Of a stretch of DNA of 64,000 nucleotides, positions 1 to 11,114 are shown piece after piece. Position 1 is the first letter of the stretch. Every line of letters starts with the position of its first letter. This DNA is from Heterodontus francisci. Taxonomy: Eukaryota. The position numbers were made by a program, and so were the translations under genes. The stretch covers positions 6,572,001-6,636,000 of the forward strand of contig NC_090404.1 of assembly GCF_036365525.1 (NCBI RefSeq), written 5' to 3'. The notes beneath the pieces are model-generated. The model made no database searches and was not told where the DNA came from. It saw only the letters and a list, made by a program, of their open reading frames with translations.

Positions 1-24
1 TTACACAAGTCGATAGGATCCGAC

Positions 25-502
25 ATGAAGCTGAGGTTCACTTTAGTTATTATCTCCCTGGATTTCTTACTCGGCCCTCCGTGTGAGTGTGGTCACTATC
101 TCTGTTTGTCAGGAATATTTTACACATTTATATATTATATTATATTCTGTTCTGTTGTATTTTATTGCGTTATGTTACATTGTGTTCTATTATATGAATT
201 ATATAATATATTTCCATATTTTTTCTCAGATGCCACTGGCAGTGAAGAGGTATCACAGTCTCCTGAGTCAATGGTTGTTATCGAGGGAGACTCTGCATCG
301 TTGACCTGTTCCACCACAGTAGCAGGACAGATCCTACAATGGTACAGACAATACCGGGACCGAACCGTGCAGCACCTGGCGAGCGGTACCAGTGATCAGA
401 ACAGGATCACGGCTCGGTTCATTGCAGCAGAGAAGCGCAGCACTCTGACTGTGAGCGACACTCGAATGACAGACACTGCCACCTATTTCTGTGCGATGGA
501 GA
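25..502 (+). CDS. TCR alpha/delta-type V segment V1, apparently functional (leader exon 25-82, intron 83-229, V exon 230-502); short-CDR2 family
   Basis: Hydrophobic leader MKLRFTLVIISLDFLLGPP, phase-1 donor GTGAGT at 83, acceptor TTTTCTCAG ending 229; V exon SEEVSQSP...SLTC...WYRQ...DTATYFCAME followed by a consensus RSS. Confidence 0.93.
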
Positions 503-541
503 CACAGTGTAGCAAAGATCAGTGGGGACCATACAAAAACC
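503..541 (+). promoter_or_regulatory. 23-RSS of V1
   Basis: CACAGTG (503-509), 23-bp spacer, ACAAAAACC (533-541); perfect consensus. Confidence 0.97.
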
Positions 542-805
542 TGCCGGGGCTGGTCCTGACCCTGCGTCGCCTGTGCAGTTAACAGAGCGCTGTCAGTTAT
601 ATAACACTCCTTATTTTCCGTCGAGCTCCAAGATAGTTACTGAGGCGGTGTAACTCGGGGCATGGAGATGAGTCTCAAGATTTCCTAGACTTAACAACAG
701 TTTGAATTGAAACCTGACAGTGTTTGTTCTCCGTGGATCTGACATCAAACTAACCCTGCCGATAAAGGTACCAACCAGCACTTAACGGAGCTGTAAAATC
801 GCGGA

Positions 806-844
806 GGTTTTTGTACGGGGTCTTGGCTTTTATCTGACGCTGTG
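806..844 (-). promoter_or_regulatory. 23-RSS of V2
   Basis: On - strand CACAGCG (838-844), 23-bp spacer, ACAAAAACC (806-814). Confidence 0.95.
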
Positions 845-1339
845 CCTCACTGCACAGTAATAGAGCGCCCCGTCCTCCACACTCAGGCCGCTTATATTGA
901 GGTAACCGTACTTTTTCGACTTATCAGCAGCCGCCAAATATCGTCCTGAGATTTCGTTTCCCTGAAGTGCTACTACTTTCCTAATAATCCAGGTTGGAGG
1001 CTGTGCAGGTTCCTGCCGATACCATTGCATGTAGTCAATATCCGGGTTTGTATATTTGCAATCTAACTGCACCGAGCTCCCTCCTGACACGGTTATTGTC
1101 ACCGGAGACTGAGTTACTGGATCTGCACATAGTCCGCCTGAAAAGATAGAGGAACAAAGAACAGGAGGTTAAATAGGATTGATCTAATCTTCTATTTATC
1201 TGTGTGAGTGTATGTGACCTCCCATCTACCCAGCCAATTAAATTAAATCCTCCTACTTTGCATCAAACTGCTAACCTGCTTTGATTAACCTAATCCAATA
1301 CTTACTGTCCAACACAACAGCCAGTATTATGAGAAACAT
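845..1339 (-). CDS. TCR alpha/delta-type V segment V2, apparently functional (leader 1339-1306, V exon 1137-845)
   Basis: Leader MFLIILAVVLD + GTAAGT donor; acceptor TCTTTTCAG; spliced product SGLCADPVTQSP...LDC...WYRQ...EDGALYYCAVR; RSS follows. Confidence 0.92.
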
Positions 1340-1540
1340 GTCTGACTAAATCCCTCGCAGTGAATTGGAATGGAATGAGCCAGATATTGAGAAGGGGTGA
1401 GAGGTAACTCGGGGACTGTGCAGCTCATCGTTCCACCCACACACTGCAGGGGGCGGCCCCATTGTGACCTCACTCAGCCTGCGATCCCTATTGGCCTTGG
1501 CGCTGGCATCACATGACTTCGCAATTACCATGTTTGAACT

Positions 1541-1558
1541 TGGCGCCCTCTATTGGTG
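1541..1558 (-). promoter_or_regulatory. CTCF-like motif upstream of V2
   Basis: CCAATAGAGGGCGCCA on - strand; the paralogous position (37361-37380) reads CCACCAGCAGATGGCGC. Confidence 0.55.
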
Positions 1559-1689
1559 GATTCTATTCAACTCGGTTTAGAATGGGCCCATTGGGTGGAT
1601 TGATTTACATATCAAAACAGCTGTCAAACATTGCCTCCCAGAAAGCTAAATTACAGTTGATTAGACCCAGCCCTTACTGTTATTGGTAA

Positions 1690-2270
1690 TAATACCAGAA
1701 TGTGATGCTAAACCTTTCTTAATCACTGTTTAGACATCAACTAGAGTTCTGTGTCCAATTCTGGGCACCACGAATTTGAAAGAAAATCAAGACATTGGAG
1801 AAAATGTGGAAGAGATACACCAGAATGGTACCAGGGATGAAGGACTTTTATGTGAACAGACTAGAGACAAAGAGATCGTCCTCTGTATATCAAAGGCCTT
1901 TAAGGAGAGGCTTAATTGAGCTGCTGGAAATTACAAGTGGATTTGATCGAGTAGATCACACGTAAGTGTTTTCACGAGCAGAAAATTCTATAACCCAAGC
2001 ACCCGGATTTAAGAGAATTGATAAAAAAGGCAAGGAAAGATGAGATTTACTTATTATACTGAGATCAATTAAAACCTGGAATGCACTGCCTAAAGGGGCG
2101 GCGGAAGACGATTCAATACTAACTTACAAAAGGGAATTGTATATAAATGTAAAGGAAAAAATGTGGTCATTGTGGAAAATGCGGGGAGTGAAAGATGAAT
2201 TAGAGAGCTCTTTCAAACTGGCATTGGTTCGATCGGCTTCATGACGTGCTCTAAGATTCTATTGTTCTAG
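1690..2270 (+). mobile_element. Old degenerate CR1 LINE 3' fragment (predates the inverted duplication)
   Basis: Degenerate similarity to the CR1 C-terminal 'LEYCVQFWAPH...' region (ctagagttctgtgtccaattctgggcacca); inverted counterpart at about 36650-37210. Confidence 0.7.
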
Positions 2271-2616
2271 TCTATTCATGTCCCTCCCACTCTATTTGTT
2301 ACGAGTCAATTGAACAGTGAGCAGGTGCAGGATGGCCACAGACTTCCGAAGCTTCAATCGTCACTATTTCCGCTGCATCGGTTCCGAGTGCAGCTGAGTG
2401 TCGCCACACACTTCTCTCAATTTTGAGTCTGCGGTATCTCCGCCCACAGCTTCCGTTTGCTGCTCTCGCTCTGACCCGATTGTGTTATTGGAGCGATTGG
2501 TGCCGCTGGTCTATTCTTGTCATTGGTTGGATCAGCAGTGCAGTGGGACCGGGATCTGTATTTCTGTTCCGACAGAGAATTTCCTGCACTGCAGAGTTAC
2601 AGATTCAAGAAGTATA

Positions 2617-5600
2617 ATGGGGAACCGTCTCTCACCGCTTCTCATCATTATATCACTTCTCAGTAAGTATTTCATTCCCAGTAAAAATCCATTCTCCCTC
2701 TGACTGCTGTCACCCAGATAGGATTGTTGGTAAAATAATAGTGATGGTGGTAATACCGGTTACGTTGATCAATATGAGGTTGATGCTGATTGGTGACATT
2801 ACTTTTTTAATGTTAGAATGGAGCCACCAAGACACAGTGGAACAGCCGGTTGCTGAAATAACTGTTGAAGAGGAAATTAACGTCACTCTAACCTGCACCT
2901 TGAAAACAAGCGCTTCTAACCCTGATGTGTACTGGTACAGTCAGCACCCCGGGCAGCTTTCATACACCATGCTTCGTCTTAGCAACATAGGAAGACAGAA
3001 ACAGGAGTAGGCCATTCAGCCCCTCGAGCCTGTCCCGCCATTCAATGAGATCATGGCTGATCTACGGCCTAACTCCATATCCCTCAATATCTTTGCTTAA
3101 CAAAAATCTATCTATCTCAGATTTAAAATTAACTGTTATAGTTTCAACTGCTGTTTGTGGGAGACAGTTCCAAACCTCTACCCCCCTTTGCGTGAAGAAG
3201 TGCTTCCTAACATCTCTCCTGAATGGTCTCGTCCTAATTTTTAGACTATGTCCCCTAGTTTTAGAATCTCCAACCAGTGGAAATAGTTTATCTTTATCTA
3301 GCCTGTCTTTTCTTGTTAATATCTTGAAGACTTCAATCAGATCACCCCTTAACCTTCTAAGTTCTAGCGAAAACAGGCCTAATTTGTGTAATCTCTCCTC
3401 GTAACTTAACTCCTGTAGTTCAGGTATCATTCTTGTAAACCTACGTTGCACTCTCTCCAAGGCCAATATATCCTTCATAAGGTGTGGTGCCCAAAACTGC
3501 TCACAGTACTCCAAGTGGGGTCGAACCAGGGTTTTGTACAACTGCAGCATAACCTCTATCTTTATGCTCCAATCATCTGGATATAAAGGCTAGCATTCCA
3601 TTAGCCTTTTTGATTATTTTCTGCACTTACTCGTGGCATTTTAAAGATCTATGCACCTGAACCCTCAAGTCTCTTTGGACATCCACTGTACTTAACTTCT
3701 TCCCATTCAGAAAGTACCCTGCTCTATCCTTTTTTGGTCCAAAATGGATAACCGCACACTTGCCCGCATTGAAATCCATTTGCACAGTTTTGTCCACTCA
3801 CCTCGTCTGTCAATATCTCTTTGCAATTTTATGCTATCATCTAGACTGTCTACAATGCCGCCTAACTTTGTATCATCAGCAAATTTGGATATATGACTTA
3901 CTCTGTCATCATCCAAGTCGTTAATGAATAATGTGAATAATTGAGGCCCCAACACAGATCTCTGCAGAACACCACTAGTTACATCCTTCCAGTCAGAGTA
4001 CTTACCCATTATCCCCACTCTCTGTCGTCTACCACTCAACCAACTTCCTAACCATGTCAATAATTTGCCCGCAACTCTATGGGCTTCTACCTTAGTTAAC
4101 AATCTCTTATGCGGGACTTTATCAAATACCTTCTGGAAGTCCATATAAATAACATCCATAGACATTCCCCTATCCACTACCTTAGTCACCTCTTCAAAAA
4201 ATTCAATGAGATTTGTCAGGCATGACCTTCCCATCATGAATCCATGCTGGCTGTCCCTGATTAACTGAATTTTTTCTAGGTGTTCAGTCACCCTATCCTT
4301 GATTACAGACTCCAGCAACTTGCCCACCACAGCTGTCAGGCTAACTGGTCTGTAATTGCCTTGGTTCCCCCTTTCACCCTTCTTAAAAAGTGGAGTGACA
4401 TGTGCAACTTTCCAATCCAGAGGGACCACTCCTGAATCTAAGGAACTCTGAAAGATTATAGTTAGGGCATCTACAATGTGCTCCCCTACTTCCTTTAACA
4501 CCCTCGGATAGAAACCGTCAGGTCCTGGGGATTTCTCACTCTTTAGTTCCATTAATTTCCTTGTTACTAATGTGTTACTTACGTTAATTGTATTAAGTCC
4601 CTGTCCACTATCGGCTATTTATTTTTTCGAGACTTCTGGCAAGTTATTCTCCTTTTCAACTGTAAATACTGAGGCAAAGTAATTGTTCAACATGTCTGCC
4701 ATTTCCCCATTATCAATGACAATATCTCCATTTTCAGCTTTTAGTGGGCCGACATTGCTCTTGACTACCCGCTTTCCCTTTATGTAACTATAAAATTTCT
4801 TCTTATTGATTTTGATATCCCTTGCAAGTTTCCTTTCATAATCTCTTTTAGTAGGTCTTATAAGCTGCTTTGTGACCCTTTGCTGGTCTTTGTATCGATC
4901 CCATTCGGCCGGATCTGTGCTGCGTTTTGCATTTTTGTAAGCCATTTCTTTTTGTTTTATGCTATCCCTTCAGTGAAGAGGAGCTTTTTCCTCTCAGGGG
5001 TATATACTCGCTCTGTATTTCGTTAAATGTTTCTTTAAATGTTCTCCACTGTTCTTCAGTCTTTTGACCCATTACCAGATCTACCCCAGTTTACCGTGGA
5101 CAGTCTCTGTCTCATTCCACTAAAGTCAGCCTTACCCAAGTCTAAAATTCCAGTAGCTGATTTGTGCTTTTCACTTTCAAACGTTACCTTGAATTCGATC
5201 ATGTTGTGATCACTATTTGATAAATGTTCACGCACAATTAGGCTACTAATTAAATTTGGCTCATTACACATAACTAAATCTAATATTGCCTGTCCCCTTG
5301 TTACATCTAGGACATATTGCTGTAGGAAACTATCCCGGACACATTCCAGAAATTCACTATCTTTCTGACAGGTGCTAGTCTGCCTCTCCCAATCTATGTG
5401 TAAGTTAAAATCCCCCATTAATACTACTCTGCCTTTGTTACACAATTGCCTAATTTGTGAATTTATACAATCTAACACCTCAGAACTGCCACCAGGGGGT
5501 CTATACACAACATCCATTACAGTTTTAGATCCTTTTCTGTTCCTCAATTCCACCCATAAGCTCTCCACTGGATGCTTTCCCCTCATTATATCTTCCCTCA

Positions 5601-6834
5601 CCAATGAGGTGATATTATTTCTAATCAGTGAGGCTACTCCACCCCCTCTGCCATTTTCCCTGTCCCTCCTGTAAACTTTATAACCAGGTATATTTAGTTC
5701 CCAGTCCCGACCATCCTGAAGCCACGACTCCGCAATGGCCACCACATCATAATCTTCCATTTGAATTTCCACCTGCAGTTCATATAGTTTATTTCTTACA
5801 CTCTGTGCATTTGTATATAAAACTCTTATTTGGGCTATACCCCCTAACCTGTCCCTCAGCACTGATGCTTTATTCGCCTGTTTATTATTTCTCTCTTCTG
5901 GTTTAACCAGTATACTTCTTGCAGTTTGGTAACAATCAGCCTCACCACTAACCTGCACTCCTACCTTCTCCTTTAACTTCCTGTTTTTCCATGTAACTGA
6001 AGCCCCCCCCCTCCCCCCCCGACTATCTAGTTTAAAGCCCTATCTACAGCCCTAGTTATACGATTCGCCAGGACTCTGGTCCCAGCATTATTCAGGTGGA
6101 GCCCATCCCATCGGAACAGCTCCCTCCCTCCCCAGTACTGGTGCCAAGGTCCCACGAATTCGAACCTATTTCTCCCACACCAATCTTTGAGCCACGCATT
6201 CACCTCTTTAATCTCATTGACCTTTGCCAATTTGCTCATGGCTCAGGTAGTAATCCGGAGATTATTACCTTTTTGGTTCTGCTTTTTAATTTAGTTCCTA
6301 GCTGCTCATATTCCCTCAGCAAAACCTCTAACCTCGTTCTACCGATATCGTTGGTACCTACGTGGACCACAACAACTGGATCTTTCCCCTCCCACTCCGA
6401 GTTCCTCTGCAGCCCAGATGAGATATCCCGAACCCTGGCACCAGGTAGGCAACACAGCCTTCGGGACTCTCGATCCTGGCCACAGAGAACAGTGTCTATG
6501 CCCCTAAATATACTATCCCTGATTACGACTACATTTCTCTTTTCTCCCCCCACTTGAATGGCTCCCTGTATCACTGTGCTGTGGTCAGTTTTCTCATCCT
6601 TCCTACAGTCTCTGCTCTCGTCCACACAGGGAGCAAGAATCTCGAACCTGTTGGACAAGGACGATGGCTGAGGCTCCTGCAACACTCCCTCCTTATTGGA
6701 GGGAATGTATACAGGAACACTGACGTCACTGTTCGGTTTTCTTCTACATATAGTAAAACTGCCAAGATTACTGAGCTAACGATCGGCAATAACCTGAACC
6801 GCGACACCGCCGTGCATTTCTGTGCTATGGAGCC
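2617..6834 (+). pseudogene. V3: TCR V segment split by a CR1 insertion (leader 2617-2662, V exon 2817-2981 plus 6696-6834)
   Basis: 5' half ...QDTVEQP...LTC...WYSQ...MLRL; 3' half IGGNVYRN...DTAVHFCAMEP; joined halves match the intact paralog at 35832-36335. Confidence 0.92.
2982..6691 (-). mobile_element. CR1-clade LINE, 5'-truncated within ORF1 (SGNH esterase), with disrupted ORF2 (APE endonuclease + RT)
   Basis: ORFs 6236-6685/6027-6239 (CCLPGARV, VHVGTNDIG, DGLHLN), 5056-5958 (endonuclease: AESW, GDFN, SDH), 3707-4552 (RT: FADD), 3062-3550; CTTA duplicated at 2978-2981 and 6692-6695. Confidence 0.95.
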
Positions 6835-6874
6835 CACACTGCTGCAGAGATATCGCAGATCCCAAACAAAAAAG
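6835..6874 (+). promoter_or_regulatory. RSS of V3 (24-bp spacer)
   Basis: CACACTG (6835-6841), 24 bp, ACAAAAAGC (6866-6874). Confidence 0.8.
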
Positions 6875-7619
6875 CCACACCGAGAGTTCCAGTTAGTGTT
6901 CGACAGAGGGCGCTCTCACGGCGATTAACGGGAACAATCATTCAGGCTCCACATTGAGAATTACAGGGAGATTCTTCAAACTGTAACAAAGCACAAACCT
7001 CAACAACAGGTGAGGTCCACTTGCGCAGTTACATTAGTTTGTGATTGCAACTTGCATTTATCATAAAAAATTAGCTTTACAAATCGATGTGTGACGCCTT
7101 TGTTCACCTTTTGTCTTTTGATGCCCTTTCCCTGCCTCCTTGTTCTTTATCACAACCTGTCTCCACGGTTTACCCATAATTGTGTACATTTCCTTCTTCC
7201 AGTCTTTAGTTTACTGATATAAACCGTTGCGGCTTCCCTGTACCTTAATTCGGAACCACTCCAATCCAGCCGCCCATAGATTCAGCCCTGATTTAAACAG
7301 ACTTCACCGAGGAAGATTTTGTTTACTGCAAATGAATATAATAATCATGACAATCCTGTCCCAAGCCTGCTTTCCCCCAATGTGTAACGAGTGTGAAAGT
7401 ACCGCAGCTCTTACAGAGCGACAGTTACACAATTTTCGAAGGGGACATAACTATTGAATTCAGTTCCTTACAGATGGATACTCCGTGTGACCGCGTCCCC
7501 GCACGTAGCTTCCCTCTACTGCTGCTCTCTCTGACCACTCCCAGCCCACTTCCCCTTTCCTGTCCTGCATTATTGGAGAGATTGCTGTTGCTGTTTCCTG
7601 TTTGGCAACTTCAGTTAAT

Positions 7620-8000
7620 AACCTCCAGCCCCATTCCTTTCTTTTTCTTGTTTTTGGACGGCAGCTGATGGCGACGATTCTGCGTTTCACATGTACACCT
7701 CGTCTAGACCCATCTTTTGTTTCTTTACTTTTCCCATTACCACATTTTTTCCCCTTGTACCATCATCCCTTTTGTCATTCCATGTCTCCTGACTTGTGCC
7801 CTATCACGCACCTTCCATTTTGTTCTTTATCCCCCCCTCCCCCTCCCACATTTTGCAGTCTCTGTAATTGTTTAAAACCTGCTACATCTGTAACAGTTTC
7901 CAGTTCAGATAATAGGGTTGTCGACCTGAAACGTTAACCCTGTTTCTCTCTCCAAATCTGCAGCTTATATGCTGATTATTTCCAGAATGTTTTATTTTTA
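7620..8000 (+). mobile_element. Penelope-like element 3'/terminal-repeat fragment with a degenerate hammerhead motif (7902-7938)
   Basis: Pyrimidine-rich tract ending AGTT-CAGATAA-...-GAAACGTTAAC-CCTGTTTCTCTCTCC, homologous to 38330-38470, 46189-46289 and 54545-54640. Confidence 0.65.
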
Positions 8001-9221
8001 TCTTTGAAGGGTTTAGTGGAAACAAGCTGAGTCTTCGGAAAACATCTCAGCGGAATAATAGTCAGGCTGAGAAAATAAACAGACAAGCTGCTAGGGCAGA
8101 GGGCAGGATTAGGGAGAGAAGGCCGGAGCCGGGCCCTCGAGGCTACCGCAATCAACTGTTCCCGTGGAATGTTGGTGTAATGGGAAACAAAGAGATAATA
8201 GACTCGGTATGGAGCCATGTGGTACGTGTATTGATAAGGCCGAGGCTGTATGTTCTTTGCAAAGTGTTATCAAACACCGTTTTAATTTAAATGTATGATC
8301 AATCATATCAATCATCAGTTGTTTGAACATATTGCGTGACAAGAGCAGTATATATTGTGCTCCTGAATGTAATGTCAGAGTATAACCTCGGAATACCCGA
8401 GGTGGTGTCTCTTCCTGCGTACACTTGAATAAATCGATTGAACCTGTACCTGAGTCTCCTCGTGTGGTGCTTGAGTTGTCCCAGAACATTTTATACAAGG
8501 TACAACTCCTGCCTTGTTCCAGTTCATGGACTCATTCGGAATGAGGGAGGATATTAAGGCCAATTTGTCTCAACCATCTGGAGATGGCTTAACTCCCCCC
8601 ACCCCCCAACCACCCCCCCCCCCAACAATGTGGCTTCAAACATTTCCTTCAACGATTCAATGGTCTATTTCTCTTCCACTCCATCCGGAAATTTATTTCA
8701 CACATTCATCACTTTCTATGTGTAAGAAAGATATCTCGATGTTGTCCTATAATTACCTTCTATACTTTGTCCCCCAGTTTGACTCAATTGTTCAATTTAA
8801 AGTAATATTGCGGGTTATGTTTTCAATATATGAATTTTCTGATATTGCTTTCGATGTCATTGCAGTCAGGCACTGCGATAGGGTGCTGGTTGAATCATCC
8901 TCCAGCAGCGGGTCACAAGGGTTGGGTCCTGTCTCCTTGGGGTGGATTCTTACAAACAAACGAGAAAAATGAGGACAGCAAGACAGTTCCTCACAGACGG
9001 ATCCAACATGTGATAACGCTGCCTGTTATAGGCCCACCCACAGGTTCCGTTTGCAGCTCTCACTCTACCCGCCTTTGCCTGCCCTGTGTTATTGGAGAGA
9101 GATTTCTGCCGCTGTTCCCTAATAGCGCTGGTTGGTTCAGCAGTGCAGTGGGACGGGGATCTGTAATTCAGTTCCGACAGAGGATTTTTAGGATTGCAGA
9201 GTTATAGACTCGGGGAGCATC

Positions 9222-9791
9222 ATGCGGAACCATCTCTCACGATTCCTCATAACTATATCATTTCTCAGTAAGTATTTTGGCCCAGTAAAAATCCATTCTC
9301 CCGCTGACTGCTGTAACCTACATATCATTGTTTGTAAAAGGATGGTGAAGACGGTGAAATTGGATCAAACACATTTCGTATTTTATCCTCTTTTCCGACA
9401 AGTTTTGAACCGGAATATTAAACATCCGTGTGTTTGATCCTTTCCTGTTTGAACATGTTTTTCAGATCTGAGTCATGGAGATTCAGTCACTCAGCCGCTG
9501 TCCTCAAGTGTTAAGACAGAAGGACAAGCGGTCACTTTAAACTGTACCTATAATACTACACGGGGCGGCAGCTATAATTTGTACTGGTATCGGCAACACC
9601 CAGACACACACCTGAGTTTATTCTGATTAAATACACAAGTGGTTCTGAAGATAAAGCAGAGTTTGCCAAAATCCGCTTCTCTGCACAACTCGGCAACTTG
9701 GCAAAATTCACCAGTTGACCGACGCAGCAGTTTATTACTGCGCCCTGAGGCTCACACTGATGGAAATCAGGTAAATGTTCGTACAGGAACT
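9222..9791 (+). pseudogene. V4: chimeric V pseudogene (V3-family promoter/leader 9222-9267 joined to a V9-family exon 9466-9752; 23-RSS 9753-9791)
   Basis: Exon DSVTQP...LNC...WYRQHPD, then a 1-nt deletion and a 22-nt deletion in FR3; ends YYCALRL; CACACTG-23-ACAGGAACT. Confidence 0.9.
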
Positions 9792-9899
9792 CCCGCCGCT
9801 ATGTAGGTTAGAATCTCAGCCAACTCAAGTCAGGTATAAGGGCGGTCAAGTGTGGAAATCGAAGCAAAATAATTATTTAGAAAATCTATCATTTTCTGA

Positions 9900-10182
9900 T
9901 GTTCAATTACAATATCAACTACATCTCACAGTAATTGTGCCATGAAGCTATCATTGTTGTAAAAAAAATCTGGTTCACTAATGTCCTTTAGAAAAGGAAA
10001 TCTGCTGTCCTTACCTGGTCTGGCCGACATGTGACTCCAGACCCACAGCAATGTGCATGACTCTTAACTGCCGTCTGAAATGGCCTAGCAAACTACCTAG
10101 CTGTCGAGGGCAATTAGGGATGGGGAACAAATGCTGGCCTTGACAGTGTCGCCCACATCCATGAAAGAATAAAATAAATAAA
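9900..10182 (+). mobile_element. SINE (Deu/SacSINE-like) with LINE-derived 3' tail
   Basis: Core ...ggaaatctgctgtccttacctggtctggcc...gtgactccagacccacagcaatgtg...; tail shared with the LINE 3' end at about 29455-29525; A-rich end; other copies at 54035-54305 (+) and 61290-61570 (-). Confidence 0.7.
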
Positions 10183-10459
10183 CACTCAGTGAAGTGATTG
10201 ATTCAGCATCATTGAATATAATCCCACAACAAAGCAATGTTGAACCCATTCTCACTGAGTGACTGACTCCCCAGACCGATACTTTATGCTGTGACCGTCA
10301 GTATCTCTGATCAAACCCGCTATCCAATGGGAATTATAATCCTGCCCGCGGCAGCCCTGCTCACAGCCTCCGTTTGCTGCTCTCACTCTGACCTTCCTTG
10401 CCCGCCCTGTGTTATTGGAGAGATTGCTGCCGCTGTTCCGGAACTGTAAACAGGAGGGA

Positions 10460-10498
10460 GGTTTTTGTACAGTGACTGCCGCGTTTCCTCTCAGTGTG
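10460..10498 (-). promoter_or_regulatory. 23-RSS of V5
   Basis: CACACTG (10492-10498), 23 bp, ACAAAAACC (10460-10468) on - strand. Confidence 0.95.
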
Positions 10499-10931
10499 CG
10501 GCTCTATCGCACAGTAATACACCGCCGTATCCGCGCTCTCCGTGTTTTCAATAACTAATTGGCCGCGTTTGTCCGCAATGGAAAGATCCAGTTCAAATCG
10601 CCCGCTTCTCTCTTTTCCAGCGAATGCTGGCTTTGTCACCCACTCCAGTCTCTGACCGGATTTCTGTTTGTACCAATGCATGGCGTAAATGCTGGACATG
10701 TCATAGCTGCAGTTTAGCTTCACCGGTTCCCCACTCTGGACCGTTTTCGTAGCGGGAGACTGGAACACTCGGTCAGAGAGACATCGACCTGTAAAAACAT
10801 TCAGATCATGAAACACTGAAGCAACGTGAATAACAAATAAACACAGCGGGTTATTGAGTACAGTTCCTGTACCTACATGTTAGCAGTGCCAGAATGACGG
10901 GTAATAAATTCACTAGTATCGAGGAAGACAT
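10499..10931 (-). CDS. TCR-locus V segment V5, apparently functional (leader 10931-10877, V exon 10788-10499)
   Basis: Leader MSSSILVNLLPVILALLT, GTAGGT donor, TTTTTACAG acceptor; DRVFQSP...LNC...WYKQ...LEWV...DTAVYYCAIEP. Confidence 0.92.
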
Positions 10932-11114
10932 CTTTGTAATTAAAATTTCAGCAAGGAAACGGGACACTGTTTGCAGCAGAAGAACACGAACCGAGTGACC
11001 ACATTGAACACTCGGCATATTAAAGTTAGCGACGCCCATTTAAACGCACAGTCACGTGGGTTTGCTGTTCTTGGATTGGCTGGAACTGGATATTGTACTC
11101 GGGATGTATATATG

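Noticed and set aside
25-582. 185-aa ORF reading straight through the V1 intron, suggesting a single-exon or membrane-anchored V
   Set aside because: The 147-bp intron is in frame by chance. Splice sites are canonical, and the paralog V14 intron is 158 bp and breaks the frame.
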